NCBI GenBank assembly: GCA_022820025.1
Contig: JAJEGF010000011.1
Coordinates: forward strand, 25,933 to 89,932
Reading direction: 5' to 3'
Source of the DNA: Chloroflexota bacterium
GTDB taxonomy: Bacteria > Chloroflexota > UBA11872
Length of the DNA stretch: 64,000 bases
The first letter of the stretch is position 1, and each line of letters starts with the position of its first letter. The translations under genes and the position numbers were made by a program. The notes under the pieces are model-generated. The model ran no database searches and was not told the DNA's origin. It worked only from the letters and a program-made list of their open reading frames with translations. Shown in pieces: positions 29,009-38,176 of this stretch.

Positions 29009-30628
29009 CTATCCGTCGCCCGACCGCTCAACGGTGAAGGAATACAACTCCGCTTCTCGCATCACAAACCGCAGCCGCCGATGCGGTATGAAGCGCGTAT
29101 AGACCGTCCCTGAGTCGGCGTCTTGCGGTAGCGGAATGTTGGCGTCGCCTTGCCAGGTCAAGGTGTGCCTGACGCTATCGCCGGAGAATGAGTCGCAGTC
29201 GTCCAGCCCACGTCCAGGCAACACCCGTTCCCTCACATCACGAACCTCCACCTTCAGGTAACCGCCCGGCCCACACGCGGCGTTAACGACCAGCCGGTCC
29301 CCCTCCGACACCAACGGCTGCGTGGCCACCATGCCCTCGCGCGTTGCGCCGGCTCCGACCGAGACAAACCCGTTGCGCCGCAGCTTGCCGACACCCAGCG
29401 CGTACCGAGGGTCGCTTGCGGCCTGCGCCGCAGGGTTATCCGGACCTTCCTGATCCTCCGCGTACCACAGGTCGTGCTGCGAGGTCGCGCCGCCGAAGTA
29501 CACCCGTGTCTCGTCATCGCCAACGTCCACGATCCGCGGAATCCCGATCTGGTTCGCGCACCAGCTCCCCGGCTCGCCCAGCCCAAGCCAGTCGTGCGTG
29601 GGCGCCAGCCGTTCCCAACGCCGTCCGTCGCGGCTATGCACCAGCTCCACCGTCGATGTGTTGGACACCTGGTGGAACACGCCCAGGAACCCAATCCAGT
29701 GCCCGCCCAGCCGGTACGGCCGCATGCCGTAGAACGCCGCGTCCAGGTTGTCCAGGTCTGGGTCCGGCGCCAGGATTAGCCGCGGCTCGCTCCAGTTCAC
29801 GAAGTCGCGGCTCTCGCACATGAAAATGCGCCGTACGACCCTGCGGTTGGGCGTGGCCATCACCGCGTCAAAGCTGGGCGCCCCGCCAACCATCGGCGCG
29901 TGCGTCGGACGCGTGCGCGGCGCCAGTTCCATCAGCGGGTGGCGCGTGAAGATGCGGTAGCTGCCACTATCCGGATCGAATGTCGGGAAGATCGTGTCGC
30001 CCAGTCGATCCCCTAGTGACCCAAACGTGGGCACCTCCATGGCCGGAGTCCACCGGACCCCGTCCGGCGAATAGGCCAGCCGGATGTGCGCGCCCGGTGT
30101 TTCGTTGGCTACCCGGAAACCCGGAGCGCCCAACTCATAGAGCATCTTGTAGCGGCGGGCCGGATCCTGCTCCAGCGGGTCGTCCAGCACCGCCGGACCC
30201 CAGACGTTCCCATAGGTCTCGCTGCCAAGGACGATGTTGGTGTCGTGTCCGCCTTCCTGCACCATGCCCATCGCTGGCTTTTCCCAATTCAGCCCGTCCG
30301 CCGACCGTGCGTACATCACCCGGAAGCGGCTGATGTGCCAGTCGATCAACGTCCCGCCCTCGCGCGCCAGCTTCTCCCGGTCCAGCGCCATGTCCGTGTA
30401 CAGGCAGTGAAACGCGCCATCGTCGTCCCGCCACAACGCCCAGTCGTCCGCCCCAAAGTTCGTGAAGTGCTCCCACGGCCGATCCAGTTGCAGCACCGGG
30501 TTCCGCTCAAGCTGCTCGGGCGCATGCACCGTGCGCCTGATGTTCTGAATCTCTTCGATCAGCCCGTTGTCAAAGAAATACTGCGGCCGCTCGCCGATGA
30601 TCAATTCGGTGGAGTCAAGCCCGGTCAC
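29009..30628 (-). CDS. Uncharacterised beta-propeller glycoside-hydrolase-like protein (paralogue 1 of 7)
   Basis: FFD...NPVL...PWE, YARSADGLNWEKP, DPARRYKM, SPDGVRW and a C-terminal LRRNGF...RLRF domain. Confidence 0.8.
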   Translation of the reverse strand: MTGLDSTELIIGERPQYFFDNGLIEEIQNIRRTVHAPEQLERNPVLQLDRPWEHFTNFGADDWALWRDDDGAFHCLYTDMALDREKLAREGGTLIDWHISRFRVMYARSADGLNWEKPAMGMVQEGGHDTNIVLGSETYGNVWGPAVLDDPLEQDPARRYKMLYELGAPGFRVANETPGAHIRLAYSPDGVRWTPAMEVPTFGSLGDRLGDTIFPTFDPDSGSYRIFTRHPLMELAPRTRPTHAPMVGGAPSFDAVMATPNRRVVRRIFMCESRDFVNWSEPRLILAPDPDLDNLDAAFYGMRPYRLGGHWIGFLGVFHQVSNTSTVELVHSRDGRRWERLAPTHDWLGLGEPGSWCANQIGIPRIVDVGDDETRVYFGGATSQHDLWYAEDQEGPDNPAAQAASDPRYALGVGKLRRNGFVSVGAGATREGMVATQPLVSEGDRLVVNAACGPGGYLKVEVRDVRERVLPGRGLDDCDSFSGDSVRHTLTWQGDANIPLPQDADSGTVYTRFIPHRRLRFVMREAELYSFTVERSGDG

Positions 30629-30712
30629 GCCTGCCGCTCCGGCGAAGTCGCCACCAATCTACGAAAGAAGCTGGCCCTGGCGCTCAGCGACTTGGGATTG
30701 CGGTGCATCGAA

Positions 30713-31597
30713 TCAGACAAACCTCACGGCTCTCATTTCGGCAAATCTATTGGCCATAACCGCAACGGCTTCTTCGTTGTCGTCAACCAGCACGAATCTT
30801 CGACCAAGCTCATAAGCGGCCTCGCCGAGCGTCCCGCTGCCAGCGAAAAAATCCAACACCGTGTCGCCAGGCCTGGATGACGCCTGGACGATGCGTCGCA
30901 CAATCCCCAGCGGTTTCTGCGTGGGGTATCCCGTTCGTTCCTTCCCATTCGTCGGGACGATCGTGTGCCACCAGGTATCTGTGGGCAATTTTCCGCGCGC
31001 CGCCTTCTCGGGCCCGACTAATCCCGGCGCCATGTACGGAATGCGTTCGACTTCCTCCACGTTGAAAAAATACTGCTCGGGATCTCGTACATAGACGAGA
31101 ATGTTGTCGTGCTTTGCCGGCCATTTCTTCTTTGTGCGAGCCCCATAGTCGTAGGCCCAGATCACCTCGTTTAGAAAGCAATCACGACCAAATATGCCGT
31201 CCAAAAGCACTTTGGCGTAGTGAACCTCGCGATAGTCGAGATGAAGATACAGAGAACCTGAAATAGTAAGCACGCGATGCGCCTCTTCAAGTCGAGGCTC
31301 CAGGAATGCCAGGTAGTCGTCAAAGTCGTCATCAAACGCACGCTCGGCAACCTTGATTGAGCGATACCGCTGCCCCTTGAATCCAGTCCGGTCACCGTTG
31401 GGATCTCGGACGGTGCGCAGCTGTGTGCGCGCCTGCTTCTTGCCTGTGTTGAACGGCGGGTCGGTGTAAATCAGATCGACAGAATGTGGCGCCATCTTTC
31501 GCAGAATCGGCAGGTTGTCTCCGAAGTAGACGGTGCCTCGTTCTCCATCGTGGCTTCGCATCCCGCCTACATGCGTTGTGGCGAGGTCGCTCGTCAT
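30713..31597 (-). CDS. Site-specific DNA methyltransferase (N6-adenine/N4-cytosine, beta class), orphan
   Basis: Motif IV DLIYTDPPF precedes YPTQKP and motif I LDFFAGSGT; ATGA overlap with the upstream hydrolase. Confidence 0.93.
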   Translation of the reverse strand: MTSDLATTHVGGMRSHDGERGTVYFGDNLPILRKMAPHSVDLIYTDPPFNTGKKQARTQLRTVRDPNGDRTGFKGQRYRSIKVAERAFDDDFDDYLAFLEPRLEEAHRVLTISGSLYLHLDYREVHYAKVLLDGIFGRDCFLNEVIWAYDYGARTKKKWPAKHDNILVYVRDPEQYFFNVEEVERIPYMAPGLVGPEKAARGKLPTDTWWHTIVPTNGKERTGYPTQKPLGIVRRIVQASSRPGDTVLDFFAGSGTLGEAAYELGRRFVLVDDNEEAVAVMANRFAEMRAVRFV

Positions 31598-32697
31598 GTC
31601 CTCGGATGCACTCCGGTCAACCGCTCCACCAGCCACGGCTCCGCGACCACCCCGTACCACTGGTGCTCCCCTGGCTGCACGTCGTGCACCAGGCAGTCGC
31701 CTGCGCCGTGCAACTCGTAAGCCTCGCGTGTGATCGCCACCTGTTCGTACACGTTGTCCAGCCCGCGCGCCCCGTTCAGCGGATCCTCGTCGCCGGTCTC
31801 CACCAGCAGCGGACGCGGCGCGATCAGCGCTCCCAAGTCGCCCATGTCCACCGCCTGCCACAGCCCGGGAACGAAGTTGCAGCCGCAGTTGTCGTTGATG
31901 TCCAGCAGCGAGTCGCGGTTCCCATAGAAGTAGCCGCTAACCACCGCCGCGCAGATTCGGTCGTCCATCGCGGCCAGCCACAGCGTTTGCAGACCACCGC
32001 CGCTGAGTCCGGCGCACGCAATGCGCTCGGGATCGCAGTCGCCGCGCGTCAGCACGTAGTCCACCAGCCGCATCAGGTCCCAGGTCCACATGCCGGTCAC
32101 CGTCTGTCCAAGCGAGATCGCCGCGTTGTTCAGCGGCGTGCAGGTCGACCGCATGAACGAGTCCTCGTCGTTCGCCTGCCCCACCGGCTCGCGCCGCTCC
32201 CCGAAGGCCCTCGCATCGGGCGCGAACACGATCAGCCCTGCCTGCGCAAAGTGCTCCGCATAGGCGCCGTTGTACGTATCGATGGCGTCGGCCACGGCCG
32301 GAATGTCGCGCCGACCCGCCGTCATGTTCTTGCCCCCGCTGCCGTGCCCGTGCGGCGCAATGACCACCGGCCGCCGCTCGCCAGCTTCCAGGTCGTCCGG
32401 CAGCAGCGCATACAGCGGCATCACCACGTCCGGCTCGGTATGAATCTCCATCCGCTGCCGCACATAGCCGTCGCACTGGACCGACTCAGTAACCGCCGCC
32501 TGCGGATCGGCAGGCCGCAGGCTGTCCATGCCCGTGATCGCGGACAAGTGCCGCCGCGTCGCCCCCCGCCAGGTCTCAAAGCTCGCCTGGCTGCTGACAT
32601 CCGCCGGCATTCGCCGCGCCTCGCGGTCAAACCGCGCCCGTAACTCAGCGTGCGCCGGAAAGAAACGCGTGACCGAGGGAACTCGGGGAGTCGCCAT
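31594..32697 (-). CDS. Alpha/beta hydrolase (dienelactone hydrolase/acetylxylan esterase-like)
   Basis: PHGHG, nucleophile elbow GLSGGG, LIAPRPL, D (EDPL) and H (GEH). Confidence 0.88.
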   Translation of the reverse strand: MATPRVPSVTRFFPAHAELRARFDREARRMPADVSSQASFETWRGATRRHLSAITGMDSLRPADPQAAVTESVQCDGYVRQRMEIHTEPDVVMPLYALLPDDLEAGERRPVVIAPHGHGSGGKNMTAGRRDIPAVADAIDTYNGAYAEHFAQAGLIVFAPDARAFGERREPVGQANDEDSFMRSTCTPLNNAAISLGQTVTGMWTWDLMRLVDYVLTRGDCDPERIACAGLSGGGLQTLWLAAMDDRICAAVVSGYFYGNRDSLLDINDNCGCNFVPGLWQAVDMGDLGALIAPRPLLVETGDEDPLNGARGLDNVYEQVAITREAYELHGAGDCLVHDVQPGEHQWYGVVAEPWLVERLTGVHPRT

Positions 32698-32784
32698 GGC
32701 TCTGTACTTTAGGACCGACTACGACGCTGCGCGAACTCGAATCCGCGTGCCAGACTGGGTCCAGATGGGGTGATCGGGCTCGAG

Positions 32785-33798
32785 CTACGCGAGCAGCACC
32801 TCGCTCCGCGCGCGGTCGGCGTTCAACCGAGCGGTTACGACCCCCAGCAGCATGTCCGCCAACTCATCCTGGTTCACCGGCGTCGCGGCCTGCACCTGCG
32901 CGGCCCATTTGGGCCGAATACCGCTGGCCCCCGCCATCGCCCCTGCCACCGGGCCGCCCATGGCGCCGATGGAGTCGGCGTCGCGGCCAAAGTTCGCGGA
33001 CATCAGCGCTACCTCGTTCGGGTCGCCGTCGGCCAACAGCAGCAACGCCAGCGCCACGGACGCCGACTCACGCGGGTCCACCGCGTTGCTGTGCCCTTCT
33101 TCGGGTTGCTGCGGCCAGTCCCAGAGGTGGTCGGCGTAGTAGGCGGCGCGGAATGCCGCAAAGTCACCCGTCGACCGCGCCAGGCTCACCGCCGTGTCGA
33201 TGGCTGCGGGCATGTCGCTCTCGCTATCCAGGTTGCCGACCGCCGCCTCGATGACCGATTCGGCATCGGCCTTCGGATCGAACGCCGCGGCGGTAGCGGC
33301 GGCCATGGCCAGGGCGCCATCCTGCGGCGAGCCACGATGGATCAGGCTGGTGACCTCGTACGCCTCCAGCGTGGCCCGGCGCGGGTCGCCCGCGTTGATG
33401 ATCCCGATCGGCGAGATGCACATCGCCGTGCTATTGGAAATCATGTTGCCGATGCCCGCTTCCCGGGCCCTGACCCCGCCGATTGAAATCTTGTAAAAGG
33501 AACTGGCCACCGGCGGATAGAACTTGAACGGGTTCATGCGCTCGCGCCACACCTGCGCCCAGGCAGCCGCATTGACGTTGCCCCCTGTGCGCCTGATTGC
33601 CTCGCAAAGCATGTGTTTCAACGCCGAGTCGTCGGTCCCCGCGCCCGGCTGCAAGCCCCGGTGCTCCTTCAGCGTGGTGACCTCGCCAAAGCGCTCCGCG
33701 ATGAACTCGTAATGCAGCCCCTCGACAGGCCCGCCCATCGCGTCGCCCAACAAGCCGCCGAGCAGGCATCCCATGATCTTGTCGCGCAAGTCACTCAT
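32785..33798 (-). CDS. ADP-ribosylglycohydrolase family protein
   Basis: GDAMGGPVE, GTDD, NSTAMCISPIG and GRDADSIG. Confidence 0.9.
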   Translation of the reverse strand: MSDLRDKIMGCLLGGLLGDAMGGPVEGLHYEFIAERFGEVTTLKEHRGLQPGAGTDDSALKHMLCEAIRRTGGNVNAAAWAQVWRERMNPFKFYPPVASSFYKISIGGVRAREAGIGNMISNSTAMCISPIGIINAGDPRRATLEAYEVTSLIHRGSPQDGALAMAAATAAAFDPKADAESVIEAAVGNLDSESDMPAAIDTAVSLARSTGDFAAFRAAYYADHLWDWPQQPEEGHSNAVDPRESASVALALLLLADGDPNEVALMSANFGRDADSIGAMGGPVAGAMAGASGIRPKWAAQVQAATPVNQDELADMLLGVVTARLNADRARSEVLLA

Positions 33799-33910
33799 AA
33801 CCGTCTCCGTGCTGGCCCGAACCCCGCTGCCCAAGCTACACGCCCGCGGACCGGTCGCGCTCTCCCGTGGCTAAGCTCGCCTCGCACCGCAGCAACCTCC
33901 GAATCGGCGC

Positions 33911-34960
33911 ATGCCACGCCTGGACCTTGATTCGCTAACCGGCGACTACGGCCATCGTCTGGGCCGGCTCACTGGCGCCCAATTGCAGGCCGCCGCCGAT
34001 CGGTTCGACCTCGGCCGCCTACGTGGCGCCGCGCCGATCCCGGGCGGGCAATTCGGTCAGAACGTTCACGTCACAACCGAATCGGGCGAGTGGATTCTGC
34101 GCGGTTGCCCCCACTACGACTGGCAGTTCCCCAAGGAGCGCTTCTTTGCGCGTCAGATCGCCACACGGTCAAGCATTCCAGCCCCCTGGCCTTACCTCAT
34201 CGAACCCAGCCGCGAGATCTTCGGCTGGAGCTACGCGCTAATGCCGTACCTGTCCGGCCTCCAACTCTCGGATCCGGCCATCCGTGCGCGGCTAACTCCG
34301 GCTGAAGAGACAGCAATCGCTCGGGCGCTCGGCACCGGTCTCTCAGTTCTGCACGAGCTGACCTGGACCCTTGCGGGCGCATACGCGCTCAAAGCGGACG
34401 ACGTTGTGCCCTACGCAATCGGCCACCGCGAGCGCGTCTTGGGCGAGATCGACGATCTGGTGTCCCAATGCGGCCGCCTCGACTCCCTGTCGGACTCAGA
34501 TCTGCACTGGCTCAGTCGGCTCCTCAAACACAACCAGGCAGCGCTCGACGTGCCCTTCCAGCCAGCCTTCGTTCACCACGACTTCACCACGTCCAACGTC
34601 GTCGTCAACCGCAGGTCAACGCCGTGGACCCTTGGCGGCGTCTTCGATCTGATGGAGGCCTATGTCGGTGACCCCGAGGAAGACCTTGTACGAGCGCCGG
34701 TTAACTACATCCCGCGTCGGCCCTGGCTGGCCCGCGATTTCCTGCGCGCCTACGTAAGCCGCAGGCCGTTGCGCGAGGACGCGACAAAGCGACTTCGGCT
34801 CTACATGCTGCGCGACTGCCTGCTCATCTGGGAGTTCGGCCATCGATTCGGCAAGGAATGGGCGGCAAGCGCTCCCGGCTTTCGGGAGTGGTCCGAGCCG
34901 CTGGTAGGCCAGGACTTCACGGCAGTGAGCCGAAGCCCCTCAAATCAAGATTGGGTGTAG
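33911..34960 (+). CDS. Aminoglycoside phosphotransferase/choline kinase-like protein
   Basis: Gly loop GGQFGQN, Brenner motif HHDFTTSN, VFDL and GDPEED. Confidence 0.85.
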   Translation: MPRLDLDSLTGDYGHRLGRLTGAQLQAAADRFDLGRLRGAAPIPGGQFGQNVHVTTESGEWILRGCPHYDWQFPKERFFARQIATRSSIPAPWPYLIEPSREIFGWSYALMPYLSGLQLSDPAIRARLTPAEETAIARALGTGLSVLHELTWTLAGAYALKADDVVPYAIGHRERVLGEIDDLVSQCGRLDSLSDSDLHWLSRLLKHNQAALDVPFQPAFVHHDFTTSNVVVNRRSTPWTLGGVFDLMEAYVGDPEEDLVRAPVNYIPRRPWLARDFLRAYVSRRPLREDATKRLRLYMLRDCLLIWEFGHRFGKEWAASAPGFREWSEPLVGQDFTAVSRSPSNQDWV

Positions 34961-34998
34961 AGTTCCGCACCTGAAATACCTTCACGGCTGGTCCGCCA

Positions 34999-35847
34999 AT
35001 GCTCGACTTCACCCGCTCCTTCATCACCTGGACCACCCATCCCAGGAAACCCCATCCGTATTACCGCTGGGATGGCGGTTTCGTCGGCGACCTTGGCGAC
35101 GTCTACCGCGTGCGAATGCAGGTCGACTCGACCATGGACATCATCGATCCGTCCGGCTCGTCGATCACTCACTACCTCAACTATCCCTGCCGCGCCGAGC
35201 TCACCATCGCGACCGAGCAGTTCTTCATGATCCCCAGCGGCGAGTGGCGGGCGGTCTTTACACGCGAGCACGGCGTGCCGATCGCGCGAGGTCTGTCGGA
35301 CGTCCCCGAGCCCGTCGCCCGCAGGCCGTGGCCCGAGCGCTACGCGGACATGGATTTCCGCCCCGTCACGCTCCCCGGCGCTGATCGTCTCCTGGACGGC
35401 CACGCCGTCAACGAAGCAACCCAGTCCGGCGCGGTCATCAACGGCCAGACCACCTATCGCGACAAGGCCACCGGACTCGACATTCGAGTCGAGTTCCCCA
35501 TCCGCCTCATGAACCTCCACCCCGACTCCGGCAAGTTCCAGCTCTGCTGCGGACCGGTCATCGTCCCGGACATGGCCACCTGGGACGGCGAGGGCGTGGA
35601 CCGCGTCTTCCTGGCCGAGGTGGCTTTGAGCCAGTTCGACTACGTCGAGTTCATCCTCCGCCGCGAAATCGAGCCGGCTGAGAGCGAAAAAGAGTGGTTC
35701 CACCAGGTCCGCGGCCGCGACCGCCTCGAACTCTGGGACCCCAACAACCCGCCGCCCGAACCCCTCGTACTGCAGCGCCCCCGCCCCCACGTCTACCACG
35801 AGACCTTGGAGTTCGAGTCCGAAAACGTGATCCTGCGCGCGCCCTAG
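34999..35847 (+). CDS. Hypothetical protein
   Basis: 282-aa ORF with host-like C-ending codons; no family recognised. Confidence 0.8.
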   Translation: MLDFTRSFITWTTHPRKPHPYYRWDGGFVGDLGDVYRVRMQVDSTMDIIDPSGSSITHYLNYPCRAELTIATEQFFMIPSGEWRAVFTREHGVPIARGLSDVPEPVARRPWPERYADMDFRPVTLPGADRLLDGHAVNEATQSGAVINGQTTYRDKATGLDIRVEFPIRLMNLHPDSGKFQLCCGPVIVPDMATWDGEGVDRVFLAEVALSQFDYVEFILRREIEPAESEKEWFHQVRGRDRLELWDPNNPPPEPLVLQRPRPHVYHETLEFESENVILRAP

Positions 35848-35880
35848 AAGGCGCGCTTGGCATCCCGCCGTCGGCCGCGC

Positions 35881-36276
35881 CTAGCCGTCGGCCACGTACG
35901 CGTCCGCCTCAATCTCCAGCACCGACTCGCCGCCTACCAGGCTCGTGCAGCCGATGAACGCCGACGCCGGCATCGCGTTGCCGAACGCCTCCAGGTGCGC
36001 CCGCCCCACCGCGTGCGCGTCGCGGTCGATGTCGGTCAGGAACACCCGCGTTCGCACCACGTCGTCCAGCGTCGCGCCGGCCTCGGCCAGCCCCTTTTCG
36101 ATAATCCCGATCGCGTATTTCGCCTGTGCGTAGGCATCGCCCGGCGCGTCCGGATGCTCAGGCGGCAGTGGACCGGTAGTCCCGGCCACCCAGATGTGCG
36201 GGCCGACCCTCACGGCGCGGGAGTACCCGATCACGGCTTCGGTTGGCTTGCCTGACGAGATGCGCTTACGCTCCAT
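35881..36276 (-). CDS. RidA/YjgF/UK114 superfamily protein (intact copy; no catalytic Arg)
   Basis: GYSRAVRVG, AGTT, DVVRTRVF and LEIEADA; has PAS where RidA has PAR; RBS AGGAG. Confidence 0.9.
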   Translation of the reverse strand: MERKRISSGKPTEAVIGYSRAVRVGPHIWVAGTTGPLPPEHPDAPGDAYAQAKYAIGIIEKGLAEAGATLDDVVRTRVFLTDIDRDAHAVGRAHLEAFGNAMPASAFIGCTSLVGGESVLEIEADAYVADG

Positions 36277-36355
36277 AGCGTGCTCCTGATGGTTCCAGGT
36301 GCGTGCATCGTGGCGGCAAACGCCGCGCGGACGCAATCCGCTGCGGACGAACGCG

Positions 36356-37783
36356 CTAGGTCAGCGTGTAGGCGTGCAGCCTCGCGGCGCCGTGGATGTG
36401 GAATCGCAGGCGAACCTGCCGCCGACCGCAGGCACCCAGTTCCGCGCCCTGCCAGCTAGCCCGCGCCCGCACGTTATCGACCGCCAGCGGCACGCACTCC
36501 TCGCGGCTGAATCCCGGAATCACCTCGCCCGTCTCCGCGTCGAGCACGTCCACGTCCACCCAGCTCCGCCGCGCAATCACCTCCGCCACGTTCGCGTTCA
36601 ACCGCGTGTCCGGCTCAATCTCCAGCCCCGTCGTCTCCAGCGACCCCGAGATCTCCCGGTCCACCGTCTGCATGCACGTAAACCCATCCAGCCGCAGGGT
36701 CGCCAGGCCCAGCTGCGTCAGTCGAACGGACCCACTCTTCCCGCCCCCGAACTCTCTGGGATAGTTGCCCGACGGCCAGAGGCTCCAGTCCTCGCCCTGC
36801 CCGCTGTAGTAGATGTAGATCGTGTCGTCCTTGACGATGATCCGGTCCCCTATCACCAGGAATCCGGCGTCCCAGGCGCCGCGCTCACCCCGCGGGATCA
36901 CCTTGTCGGTCAGGCAGATCCGCGAGAAGTGCTCGCCGTCCTTGCTCACGGCCAGCCGCAGGTCCGCCGCGTACTGTCCGAACACTCCGAGCCCGTTGGG
37001 CACGTACCAGCCGAACTCGTACACCGAAATCCAGCCCGTGCCATAGCGGTCCAGCGTCAGGAAGTGGTTCTCCTGCTCCAGCCCATCCTTGGGATCGAGA
37101 AACGGGTTGTCGGGACTGGACGTGAACTTCTCGACGCTTGGCCCGTAGGCGATGAACTTGCCGCGGACCGTCCGTGGCCCCGGCTTGGCGGCCGGCACGC
37201 GTTCCTGCCAGATCAGGATGTAACGGCGATCCGGGTCCGTGGCCTGCTCGTCCAGCGCCAACACCACGATATCCGGGCCATGCGCCAGCGCCGGCAGGTC
37301 GACCGGCGGACCCACGGTCCAGTGAATCCCGTCGGGTGAGTACGCGGCGCGGGCCGGGCCGCTCCCCACGAGATCTTTCGTGACCATCTTGAACCGGCGC
37401 GCCGGGTCGGGCTCCGTCGGATCGCGAATCACGGCCCCCAGCATGTCCAGGCAGATGTTGTTGTCCGTGGACCCGTCGAACTCGAAGAGCCCCAGCTTCG
37501 GCTTGATCCAGTGGACGCCGTCCTCGCTGTATGCGTAGCCCATGCGCCGCCAGCGCAGGCGCTCCTGGTCGGCTCCCGTGTACCAGCACTTGAACAGCCC
37601 GTCGTCCGGGTCGTACAGCACCGTCCGCACCGACCACACGCTCGCCCGCACGGCGTCCCACTCGTCCAACCGCCCCACCGGCAGCACCGGATTCGCCGGA
37701 TGCTTCGTCGCCTCGCACACCCGCTGCTCCACGTTATGCGTGGCCGCAACTTCGTCCAGGTCAAGAAACAGGTGCTTGTCCAT
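36356..37783 (-). CDS. Uncharacterised beta-propeller hydrolase-like protein (paralogue 2; duplicate A)
   Basis: MDKHLFLD, KHPANPVL, YSEDGVHWIKPKLG, EQENHFL and YEFGWYVPNG; RBS AGGAGG. Confidence 0.85.
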   Translation of the reverse strand: MDKHLFLDLDEVAATHNVEQRVCEATKHPANPVLPVGRLDEWDAVRASVWSVRTVLYDPDDGLFKCWYTGADQERLRWRRMGYAYSEDGVHWIKPKLGLFEFDGSTDNNICLDMLGAVIRDPTEPDPARRFKMVTKDLVGSGPARAAYSPDGIHWTVGPPVDLPALAHGPDIVVLALDEQATDPDRRYILIWQERVPAAKPGPRTVRGKFIAYGPSVEKFTSSPDNPFLDPKDGLEQENHFLTLDRYGTGWISVYEFGWYVPNGLGVFGQYAADLRLAVSKDGEHFSRICLTDKVIPRGERGAWDAGFLVIGDRIIVKDDTIYIYYSGQGEDWSLWPSGNYPREFGGGKSGSVRLTQLGLATLRLDGFTCMQTVDREISGSLETTGLEIEPDTRLNANVAEVIARRSWVDVDVLDAETGEVIPGFSREECVPLAVDNVRARASWQGAELGACGRRQVRLRFHIHGAARLHAYTLT

Positions 37784-37818
37784 CCGACCTGACCTCCTCC
37801 GGGCGATTACGCCACTCG

Positions 37819-38028
37819 CTACGGCGCGGGTGTGGGCGTTGATTGATACCCGGCGCAGCTCACGGAACTCACCCCGCCGCAGCGCTCCGGCGCGATGACC
37901 GAGTAATAGTCCTGCCGCACCAACTTCTCGTCCCCGCCGCACGCGCCAACCACCAGGCCAACCAGCAACAGGAAAGCCGCCGCACATCCGCGCAGGCGCC
38001 TCAAACTTGTCGTCCGACGGCCGGTCAT
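37819..38028 (-). CDS. Small lipoprotein, 69 aa (duplicate A)
   Basis: Basic N-region, hydrophobic core and lipobox VGAC; the mature core is identical to that of 40851-41060. Confidence 0.75.
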   Translation of the reverse strand: MTGRRTTSLRRLRGCAAAFLLLVGLVVGACGGDEKLVRQDYYSVIAPERCGGVSSVSCAGYQSTPTPAP

Positions 38029-38060
38029 GGTTCGTGCGTTCTGCGGACTATGTTTCTTGG

Positions 38061-38075
38061 GTGAACCTAGCACGG
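38061..38075 (-). promoter_or_regulatory. Extended -10 promoter candidate for the small lipoprotein operon A
   Basis: CCGTGCTAGGTTCAC (TGnTAGGTT) is conserved as CCGTGATAGGTTCAC at 41093-41107 although the flanks have diverged. Confidence 0.55.
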
Positions 38076-38176
38076 GTTGAGTCGGCTCTCGGTCCGGTCG
38101 CAGCCGAACCGACGACCCAAAGCAGTGGCGTCGCATGCGAAGATCAGCATTGAAGCCACGCCCGGATGCAATCCAC

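Noticed and set aside
33911-34960. Kinase as a true antibiotic-resistance gene
   Set aside because: Only fold-level APH/choline-kinase motifs are visible; the substrate cannot be inferred and there is no mobile context.
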